64,000 nucleotides of DNA from Neoechinorhynchus agilis (lineage: Eukaryota > Animalia > Acanthocephala). The stretch's first letter is position 1; each line of letters starts with the position of its first letter. The stretch spans positions 4,062,389 to 4,126,388 of the forward strand of contig CM121343.1 in the NCBI GenBank assembly GCA_051530055.1, written 5' to 3'. A program made the translations under genes and the position numbers. Positions 11,109-23,100 of this stretch are shown here, one piece after another. Below the pieces are notes generated by a model. It searched no databases. It saw only the letters and a program-made list of their open reading frames with translations, and was not told the DNA's origin.

Positions 11109-14100
11109 ATGCATGTCTCAGATTGGTTAGCGAACCGTCGATACCGATCAAGTGGTGGCGGTTGTAGAATTGGCACATTAGCGTCAACAGTTCCATCATG
11201 GAGAAGTCCCGGGTACTCAGAACCGTCCTCGTCCTTTTCTCGAACAGGCATGACTTCTACGTCGTTCTCAAGTTTCGCCGGAACTACCCCCCAACAATTC
11301 AACTTAAATTCGAGTATGCTCAATCGCACTAATTCGATAATCTCTACATTGCCATCGTACTCTTCGTATTACCTTAATCGCACGCTATCGACTCCGGAAG
11401 GTCACCGTCAAAATTTAAGTGCAATAAATTCCTCCATGGTGTATGATGGAAAACCAAGTAATCTACGTAATGAGCGAAACGGTTCTTTGATCAAAGAAGA
11501 GATATACGATGTGGAAGTTATCGACCATTTTCCTACATTGATTGAGTTGTACGGAGAGCGCCCTAAGGTATATCGTCAGGGTGATTGCGAAGTTCGCGAA
11601 GAGGTTGTATTCGTCGAAGATGACCCAATTGTGACCGAGGATATTGTCTGTGAGCTTGTTTATGTGGATGGCGTGTGCAAGCATACAAGAACGCTGCGAA
11701 GGTCAAGGTCTGAAAAAAGAATGTTCAAGAAAATGAGAAAAAGATCAGTTAGGCGAGTTGCATCTACAGCCCCGCAACAGAGATCAAGCCACGAGGGAAA
11801 CGACGATGCTTCTTCTAAGTCCTATTATCATACATATTATCGCGATTGCAATGCTAAGGATAATGAACATCGATACGTTGAACTAGCAGCGCCGATTGCA
11901 ACACTGACGCCACTGCCGGACACACCTTATCGTCAGCAGGTGAAGCCCTTCGAAACTAAAAAATCTACGCCACAGATGCCCATGTCGAAATTAGCCATAT
12001 CGGATGTGGCACCAACAGAAACGGCCACACAGTACGGAATTTGCACTCATCTTGCCAAGCGGAAGGATATTCAAAGTTTTTCATCACGCCAAGACGAACG
12101 GATTAAAACTCATTCTGATAGATCAATGATTCCTTCAAACAGCAACGCGCCGCAGTTGCAATCGCAAGTTCCCCCACCGAGATATTCACATATATCCAAT
12201 CGAGAGTTTGATCAACGCGGCGGTAGTTTGTCTTATAGTCGACCATTCAACGAAGGTAACAGATATGCTATCCCAACGATTCGAAGTACAAGCAGTGATC
12301 TATCAACGAGCTCGAAATCAAATACTTCATCATATATCGAACCCAATCAAGACTCATTCTGGAGAGGCATAGATACTGTTCAAACAGACGTGGGTATTGC
12401 CGACTCTTTTATGAAGTTTGGAAAAAAAGAGTCAGTTTCTAGTGAAATACATCCGATTTCGATTCATGCCGTATCGACCCGATTGCCGGAGCCTAATGAC
12501 AGTATAGGGATGCAAGGAAATGATTCGGAACCTAAAATTAAATCGCCAGCCAAAGTAGACACGGCGTCAGCGGATTCGAGTCTGATCGAAAGTGATTTTT
12601 ATGAATGCATTTCAGAAGAAGGTGGAGCTGAGAAGATGGCACAGGAGTTATTCCCACCTCAAATTTACATGCATTTGAAAGACATTTCAAAAGATAAAGT
12701 AGTCGATGCTGATGTAGCCAAAGAATCCATTGACCACGGATCGTCGGTGGATGAAGCAATTAACTGGCATGATAAAGTAGTTCAACCAGAGTCGACTTTG
12801 TTGCAAGACTCATTTACAAAACCAGTTGATATTACAATAAGATCGGTTACAACGGATTTTCATACGTCTGGAATCGAGGCTATTTTGCATTGGCACACGG
12901 ATTGTAAAAACACGAAACGCTTGTTTGCCGTATCTTCTTCTAAAAAATATACAAGCTCAATATTGGAGTTCTCCCTCCCTCTTTCCACGCCAATTAACGA
13001 TGTGTGCAGAGAAATCGATGAGCATGTCGAGCGTGAAGATTATGGCATGCAAACTGGGTCGCAAGACGTCGAACCTTACCTAGAGTTCAGTTCAATGCCG
13101 CTGAGCGATACACAACTAAATCGGCAGAAGTTAGAACCTATGGAGAGGAACGATAATAAGGAGGAAATCGAGAACGCCAAAGAGAGTGTAGTAACTATCG
13201 TTGGATGGCACATTGAACCAACAAGGAACATCCCTGAGTTTTCGCTTCGTAATGAACCACTTGAAACTGGAGTGAGCATTTCTTCGGAAACAGAGGATTT
13301 ATCTAGAAGACCTGGCGTATCTCGAATCTTAAATTGGCACCTGAATGAAAATGCGAAGTTTGGCGATGTAATGTCAACCGAAACAATTTCTCAAGCAGAA
13401 TCTCCTTACACAAGCCACGAGAAAGCAACACATTCGCATTCGGAATCAATTGGTACTATAGTTGAGTGGCACCTGTTGCGTGATCCTAGGGATGATCCAT
13501 CTATTAGTGTGCAACCGATTACTGACGAATCAATAGCGAGGGAAAATTTAGAAACACTTTATTTGCCCTTTGATGGCAGTAGTCTGCAGAACATAAAGAT
13601 CACAGCTGAAGTCAGCGATCAATTGCCACCTAAAGATCAAATGGACGAATCATCGACTCCTGAGGTCAAATATATCTCTTCCGGAAATATGGATTTTACA
13701 GACGATGGGAGACATCGCCCTGAATGGCCAATTGAGTCAGTTTCAAGCGAAATTCCTTCAGATGGAATCAGTGGAACTTCCGGAATAGGTTTGGATGATA
13801 TTCTTCCTTTAACTGAAGACAACACATTCCAAGAGAAAAACGAGCTAGACACTAAACAATTTGAAGAAGAAATGAATCTTGATTCTTACAAAAGGATTGC
13901 CGAGAGGGAAGGAAATGAAGCTCGGCACTTTACTCCACCGCTCGCAGTACGAATGGATGACGCTGATGGATACGATGCTGCTGCCGATTTGTCCACTCTT
14001 ATCACGGATATTATACATAAAGACTTTAGTGAGTACCGCGGAGCGAGCACGGCGTCAGATGGGAATAAGGATCAAATAAGCGAACATCTCTCTTATCCAT

Positions 14101-17100
14101 TTACAAGGCAAAATGAACAAATCGATACAAGGCTATCATTGGAGATGATGGGTGCAGGTTCTGAAGGGTCATTATATACGCCATTTACGGCCGGATCTAT
14201 GGATGAAAAGGAAGTTGGAACGAAAGATGTGTTTTTGGCCTCAGAGGAGAAATCGACAGCATTAGAAGACGCCAATCAAATCTCAGGAAGCACACAGTCG
14301 CCTAATCAAAAAGGAATGCCCAAAAATGATGAAGATTATTCCATTACAACGGATTCACAAACAGAAAAACTAAAGCAACAAGAGCACAAGGTCGAGACCG
14401 TTACTCTTTCTAAATTGGAGAAATCACCCGAAGAAAGAGATTTGGATGTTTCGGCAGAATACAAATTTTCTTTATACAGTGATGCAATTTCGTCTCCAGT
14501 GTTTGGAATGGTTGGAATAGAGATTGGCGAGCAACTGGACTATTCAAACGCTCAACCCGAATTCATTGAAGAATTGAATGATAATAATCTTGGAGAGATG
14601 CCCGGGCTCCATCAAGAGGGTATTTCAGAGCCACCAGTGGAAAATCTACAACACCGAGCAACATGCATAAATAAAATGCAAGATGCAACCGAGATTCCTT
14701 CGCCCATTATTCCATCTACGACCTCCAGAGAACAACATTCCACATCGCGAATGGAAACTCAAATCCAAAAACCGGAAGATGATCTATCGACACAAACTCA
14801 ACCAACAAAAATGTATGGAGTGCATGTCGACCAAGAAAGGAAAATGGATAAAATACAAACGCCTTCTCAACTAATCGACAATCTGTCTGCTCTAATTAAG
14901 GATGTTATTGCAGTAAACGAAGATGCGCAAGCGAATTTCCCCCTCGCGGCAGCGGTCGACATATCGGAACAAGACTTGCCCTTAATAACACAATCACATT
15001 TAGCATCTCCTTTTGAGCTGACAAGTTCGACTAAAAGAGACGGTGATTTAGAAGATTCTCGGCTTGATGCCTCAAGAAAGGAAGTACTGGTAAGCGAAAT
15101 GATACAACCAGAAAAGTCTCCAAAGATATCGACAATTCCTGTACCAATAGAAGGTCACGCAGAAACAACAATTCCAAAAACTGATAAATGTATTGCTTCA
15201 TTATACAAGAATGAGTCAGCTTATATTCGAGCAGTTCCGTCTGCCGAGGTTGAAGAGGAGGAGCTCGAGCAAAAGACGGACTTATGCGCCTCCTCATCGC
15301 AGCCAGATCAAAATTCAAAAGAAATCATGGATAAGCAGCATAAGTATACAATTGAGGTAAATATCGCAGAATCATCAATTATATCCGCGGATAACGCTGG
15401 GAAGCATGAAGTGTCCGACAACCGGGAGTCTGCATCATTTGATGTTAAAGATGAATCACTTAGTTACCCGCTGGATAAGCCATCCACTGCCACGGCAGAT
15501 AAGTTGGCATCATTGATGGATAAAGAAGTCAAAGATTCCGGCGAAATTGAAAAGGAATTGAAGAAAGATGACGAAGATTGGACCATGTTGGCAGAGGAAA
15601 CGACTTCGCCGTCTGACGGGATCCCTTCTTTGATTAAAGAAATAATTCGCGCTCAAAGTGATTTACAGTCGGATGCAACTGATAAAAAATTGGTTGATGT
15701 CAAAGATGAATCATTTAGTTACCCGCTGGATAAGCCATCGACTGCCACGGCAGATAAGTTGGCATCATTGATGGATAAAGAAGACAAAGATTCCGGCGAA
15801 ATTGAAAGGGAATTGAAGAAAGATGACAAAGATTGGACCGCCTTAGCAGAGGAAATGGCTGTGTCGTGTGACGGGACCCCTTCTTTGATTCAAGAGATAA
15901 TTCGCCCTCAAGGTGATTTACAGTTGGATTCAACCGATAGAAGCCTAGTTGATGTCAAAGATGAATCACTTAGTTTGCCGCTGGATAAGCCATCAACTGC
16001 CACGGCAGATAAGTTGGCATCATTGATGGATAAAGAAGTCAAAGATTCCGGCGAAATTGAAAAGGAATTGAAGAAAGATGACGAAGATTTGACTGCCTTA
16101 AAAGACGAAGTCACTCTGCCCTGTGACGGGATCCCATCTTTGATTCAAGAGATAATTCGCGCTCAAGGTGAATTACAGTCGGATTCAACCGATAGAAGCC
16201 TAGTTGATGTCAAAGATGAATCACTTAGTTACACGCTGGATAAGACATCGACCGTCACGGCAAATAAGGTGGCATCGTTGATGGATAAAGAAGTCAAAGA
16301 TTCGGTCGAAACTGAAAGAGGATCGGAGGAGGATGACGAAGATTGGACCATGTTGGCAGAGAAAACAATTGTGCCGTCTGGCGGGCTCCCTTCTTTGATT
16401 CAAGAGATAATTCGCGCTCAAAATGATTTACAGTCGGATTCAACTGACAGAAGCCTAGTTGATGTTAAAGATGAATCACTTAGTTTGCCGCTGGATAAGG
16501 CATCGACCGTCACGGCATATAAGTTGGCATCATTGATGGATAAAGATGTCAAAGATTCCGGCGAAACTGAAAAAGGATCGAAGAAAGATGACGAAGATTT
16601 GACGGCCTTAAAAGACGAAGTCACTATGCCCTGTGACGGGATCCCTTCTTTGATTCAAGAAATAATTCGCGCTCAAAGTGATTTACAGTCGGATGCAACT
16701 GATAGAAGCCTAGTTGATGTTAAAGATGAATCACTTAGTTTGCCGCTGGATAAGGCATCGACCGTCACGGCAGATAAGTTGGCATCATTGATGGATAAAG
16801 AAGTCAAAGATTTCGGCGAAATTGAAAAGGAATTAACGAAAGATGACGAAGATTTCACTGCCTTAAAAGACGAAGCCACTCTGCCCTATGACGGGATCCC
16901 TTCTTTGATTCAAGAAATAATTCGCGCTCAAAGTGATTTACAGTCGGATGCAACTGATAGAAGCCTAGTTGATGTTAAAGATGAATCACTTAGTTTGCCG
17001 CTGGATAAGGCATCGGCCGTCACGGCAGATAAGTTGGCATCATTGATGGATAAAGAAGTCAAAGATTCCGGCGAAACTGAAAAAGGATCGAAGAAAGATG

Positions 17101-20100
17101 ACGAAGATTTGACGGCCTTAAAAGACGAAGTCACTCTGCCCTGTGACGGGATCCCTTCTTTGATTCAAGAAATAATTCGCGCTCAAAGTGATTTACAGTC
17201 GGATGCAACTGATAGAAGCCTAGTTGATGTTAAAGATGAATCACTTAGTTACCCGCTGGATAAGACATCGACTGCCACGGCAGATAAGTTGGTATCATTG
17301 ATGGATAAAGAAGTCAAAGATTCGGTCGAAACTGAAAGAGGATCGGAGGAAGATGACGAAGATTGGACCGCCTTAGCAGAGGAAACGACTGTGCCATGTG
17401 GTGGGCTCCCTTCCTTGATTCAAGAAATAATTCGCGCTCAAAGTGATTTACAGTCTGATGCAACTGATAAAAAACTGGTTGATGTTAAAGATGAATCACT
17501 TAGTTACCCGCTGGATAAGCCATCCACTGCCACGGCAGATAAGTTGGCATCATTGATGGATAAACAAGTCAAAGATTCCGGCGAAATTGAAAAGGAATTG
17601 AAGAAAGATGACAAAGATTGGACCATGTTGGCAGAGGGAACGACTATGCCGTCTGACGGGATCCCTTCTTTGATTCAAGAAATAATTCGCGCTAAAAGTG
17701 ATTTACAGTCGGATGCAACTGATAAAAAACTGGTTGATGTCAAAGATGAATCACTTAGTTACCCACTGGATAAACCATCGACCGTCACGGCAAATAAGGT
17801 GGCATCATTGATGGATAAAGAAGTCAAAGATTCCGGCGAAACTGAAAAAGGGTCGAAGGAAGATGACGAAGATTGGACCGCCTTAACAGAGGAAACGACT
17901 GTGCCGTGTGGTGGGCTCCCTTCTTTGATTCAAGAGATAATTCGCGCTCAAAGTGATTTACAGTCGGATGCAACTGATAGAAGCCTAGTTGATGTCAAAG
18001 ATGAATCACTTAGTTTGCCGCTGGATAAGGCATCGACCGTCACGGCAGATAAGTTGGCATCATTGATGGATAAAGAAGTCAAAGATTCCGGTGAAATTGA
18101 AAAGGAATTGAAGAAAGATGACGAAGATTTGACTGCCTTAAAAGACGAAGTCACTCTGCCCTGTGACGGGACCCCTTCTTTGATTCAAGAGATAATTCGC
18201 GCTCAAAGTGATTTACAGTCGGATGCAACTGATAGAAGCCTAGTTGATGTTAAAGATGAATCATTTAGTTTGCCGCTGGATAAGGCATCGACCGTCACGG
18301 CAAATAAGTTGACATCATTGATGGATAAAGAAGTCAAAGATTCGGTCGAAACTGAAAGAAGATCGGAGGAAGATGACGAAGATTGGACCATGTTGGCAGA
18401 GGAAACGATTGTGCCGTCTGACGGGATCCCTTCTTTGATTCAAGAAATAATTCGCGATCAAGGTGATTTACAGTCGGATGTTACTGATAGAAACTTAGAA
18501 GCAAAAAATTACAGTGATATTTTTCCAGATAATCTCACTTATATAATACGAGAAATCGTCGATATTCCAAGCAGTAAGTCGAGTAGCGTCGCTGTTACAT
18601 ATCGATCGAGTAATGAGGAAATAGATGAGGTTTCTCCAGGGCAATCTCAAGTGGTGGACAGTAAGGATAGTCCGATTTCATCAATCATTCTGTCACATTT
18701 GCCCCTGGCGGTTCAAAGTGCGATTGCAAATCATTCAAGAGCAGTAGACGACGTGCACGTGCCAATTGAACCCGCAAAGACGAATCTTGTTATACAAGAG
18801 CACGTTGTAGTCCCCTCCGAGGAAGAGATTGCTCCGAGCGACAAACTTTCTTCTATAATCAATGAAATAATGAAAATTGATTACAGGGACCGTGTAGAAA
18901 CTTCAACCCCGCACGTAGCTACGCCTGATCAATCAAAAATGGTTGAAATAAAGGAATCTAAGGCTTTTGAACATGCTGAAAGTGAGCGTTTATCAAATCT
19001 TTCTTCTCTGATGGATGATATACTCAAGTGTCAGATCCGAGATCCTGTAGAATCAGTAAAAATGGATTCCGTCGATGGTAAAGATAACAAGCAACCTTTT
19101 ATTGATATCGAAGAGCCTTCCGGAATAGTTTTTGGACTATCCGAGGACAGCAGTCTATCTTCAAAGGAACCAAAATTCACTACGGCGAAAGATGAGACGG
19201 ATGGTCGTGATTCAGTGCATTCATATGCCAGTTCTACTGCTCCATTCCTGAGTGCCATCACTGGTGGAGTTAAAGCAATTAGGGGTAGTTCGTCCCATGA
19301 TGATTCACAGAAGGCCCGTATCGACGAGATCATTGAGGATAGCATGGAAGTCAATGTCGTTCAACCAGCAACTGATCGCGCATACAGCATTGAAGAGTAT
19401 AGGAAACTCTCAGGTGATGGGCAGAACAAATCAGATTATCATATTACTCAAATCGAATGTCCTTCGGGTCATATTGGCGCTATAATGTGCTCGGAATCGC
19501 CACATGCTGATCAATTGTCACCTTTAGGCGAAACTAAAATGGCAGAGACTGAGTATTCAGGGATTAGTTCCATTATTAAAGCCCAAGCAACTGCTCTAAT
19601 TAATAGCGCCGAGAAATTTGATTCGTTGCCAGGCAACGACGGACCGATAAGCGTTAAAGAAACAGTCAATGATAACAATCGGAAGCTGGAGGACGATACA
19701 ACTACTGTCAGCATGCCTACTTTAGAACCCGAGAAGTCGATGAAAGCAGAAGACCATCCTCCGACGATCGTCGAAGACCGAGATCCTGGTCTCAGTGAAC
19801 CTTTCGGAGGTAATCTGTTTAGGATTATGAAAGAGGTCACAGTAGCCAGCGAATCGAGTATGACAAAACCAATCCCCTGTGTCGACTATAAACCGGAAAG
19901 TTCTAAGAGAGAAAGCGAATTGGATGTGTCCAAAGAAATTCAGGAACAAGTTGATATTAAAGATAAATCGTCATTGATAGAATCAATTATTACTTGGCAC
20001 GTGTCTGCTATGATGCCGTCGGATGAGGATGCACCCCCAAATTCCTCTGTACTGCGTAACGATGCGGCAAATATCGACGATTGTAAAGATTTCACCGAGC

Positions 20101-23100
20101 ATGATTCCTCGATGGTGCTGACGCCTTGTCAAAATTTTGAAACTCTGGACACGTTTGGCGCGAAGGAAGGTAATTTGGCGATTGTTAGCGAAGAATTTCT
20201 TGATTCTAGAGGATTACCATTCATTGGACATTCCATAGTTCTGACGGACACGGAATTTAAGAAAAGTGAGAGTCCGTCATCACGTAATATCATAGAGGAG
20301 ATTGTACTATTCCACACACTTGGTAATGTATCAGAATCCGCATCATTGTACGAAAAGGAAGTCGAATCTGCTCAAACCGAGAAGGAGCTTGGCATTGCAA
20401 CGGATAATGAGGCTACAACTCTGAAAGAGGCAGAATTAGGGACGAAGGAAGCACTTGAAGATCCGGGTGTTCGAGAATCTAATAGTCTTGCGTCAATAAT
20501 AAAAGAAGCAAACTCCAGAACAATTCCAGAAAGTAGTGAGCTTTGCGATACTTGCGATGACGAACGGATTGACGCACAGATTCAATCACCTGCCTTGCCT
20601 GGTGTTCTCGTGCAGGATGTGTTTCCACCTCCAATATTTGAATCATGTACACCTAATGAACAGTCCGTTCAATACCGAGAACAGTACTACGAAATGTATG
20701 CACGTAACAGCAACATTGAATGCAGCTTCAACGGTGGTCTTGTTTCCCAAAGACGAGCAGACGAATTCGTTGGTGATTGGAGACCAGTACGAGATATGAT
20801 ATTGACGGGATCTGAGACTCGTTCACAAGTGGAAGAGGAAGATAACTTTGATTATAGTTCCGTATCATCAACGAGTGTTCATATGCCTGCAAGTACAGGC
20901 GAAGAAGTGGAAAGTCGATCTTTTGATAAAATTGAACCATTGTACACGTCACCTTTTGATCGTTATTCTTTGGTATTTGGTACAAAACCGAAGGAGTTCG
21001 TAGATCTTCAGCAAAGGTTAGTTGAAGATGTGAACAAATTTGGTCATCTAAAGAATGAACAAAGCTTAATACCACACGATGATATGAAGCATCGTACATT
21101 TACAAGTACATCTTCTTATGATCTCGATTCCTATCATGAACCCTTTTTTTCTGAAACCTACCGCCCTTCCTGTGATGAAAGGATCTACGCTCTGAACCTT
21201 GCTGAAACTACTTCATCGGACGCTTATTTGAGCCAGTCATCATATGATTTAAGCGCTAGAGGCCATTCTCCATATTACAGCCCGGATACGACTGCGATTA
21301 AAATTGCCGATGAGGACGTACATAGCTTATCGTTCACTAGTGGTGCTTCAGAAATGAGTGATCCTCATTCCTCCGTTGCGTCAATAATAATAGACGAAGC
21401 GTTGATAGCTGCCGTAAACCAGGCTAACCGACCAAGCGGCGTGTGTATGGATACTTTGCAAGATGAACTTGAGACTAATAACGCAAAACTGGAAAACTTG
21501 ATCAAGGTTGCTGGTGAGACGTTAAATAAAGATAAGACGGATAGAGAAGTAAGCCACGATTCTCAGCTAACCAAGGAATTGTTGTATAAAGCTGATGGCG
21601 CTTATAAAGATTTACTTTCGAAAGTGGTTTCATTGAATCGCGATCTTAGTGAGCAACCTTCTGATGAAAATGATGCTCACGATGACAAAATCATAAATCA
21701 ATCTAGCACTGCAGTTGAACAAAGCGCTTCAGATGTCGGTGAAGAGATTATTGATGAACAGAGCGCATCGCGTTCATTAGACAGCAAGGCCACTGAACAA
21801 CAAAACTTTGAAAGTACTGTTGATACAATGCATGACATTTTGAAGGACAGGAAAGAAGATGATAAGAGCATTGAGCACCTCTTAATTGATATACCGGATT
21901 ATGTTACATCTTTGGCAAGTCAAAGCCATCCCATTCATAGTTATAAAGAAATTATTCAAGCTAGAGCAAAAACAATTTGGGAACGGGATTCAAGCGAAAA
22001 AGAACCGGAATTGGATTATAAGGAACCTCCTCAACCCTTCCCCGATAACACGAGACCTGCTGATGACAACAAAGCTTGCACTACAAAAAAAGAGCCTGTT
22101 ACCCGACGACCAGTACGCAGTTTATCAGAAGATACGAGTGTCTCGAGTATTTTAGTGGATATCATGAGAACAACTTTATTTGGCGACCCATATATTCCTA
22201 AACTCAGTTCGAGCACAACGTTGTCGGAAAAAATCAGTTTGGACAATGATGAAATGGACATTCTTGAAACGAGAATAGATACGCTGACGAAGGAAATGAA
22301 TAAGGAGTTGAATCGTGAAAAGACGAGTCATGGCTCAAAGAAAACCTCGACTGATTCTCGAAAACGCAAGAGCGCTGGCCCGTCGCAGCACAATGTCAGC
22401 TCATCAAAAGTGGCACAAGATGTGAAGAAGAAAATAAGTCCAACGACTATTCAATCCCAAACTCGTCGACCAGCACCGACTACCATTACAGCTACTGCTA
22501 CTCAAGCATCGTCGGGTATGCAGCATGAACCATCGATCACTAGAATAACATCACCTTCCCAATGCCCTCCGGTCAAATCAACCACCACCACCACCACCAC
22601 CGCCACTGAAACTGCGATACATATCCATGCGGACGGAGTGCCACCAGCAGCAACCCGTTTAAGTCACCATCAACCATCATCATCATCACCACCACCACCA
22701 CCACCACGACCACCACAAGTGACATCTACAAGGAAAGGCCACTCAGCAAAATCGTCCCAACTGGTATCGGCTTCAAAAACTTTAATTGAAGGAAAGGAGG
22801 AAGCAAATGTTCGGCATGAATTGAGAACCACTGTAGAGAAGGCGCCGATTGAGCAGATAGAAGAGAAGATGAGTCGATTGCTCCCTTCGTACGTGAGGAT
22901 TGACAAGACGAATCGGCAAAGGCGAGTAACCGAAACGGATCCTGCGGCTTGTGACGTGGAAGCACCAGTCAGTAGCGCTAGTAGCAACATATTAGACCGG
23001 CTTGTATTGCGACCCGGAAATGGAAACGAATCCGAGCAGAACAGCGACGGTAAAGACTCGACATCCTGGAAGGGTTCACGTTCAGTGCGACATCGGAAAT

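Noticed and set aside
15908-18391. Repeated 62-68 aa minus-strand ORFs
   Set aside because: Antisense shadows of the 255-bp coding repeat
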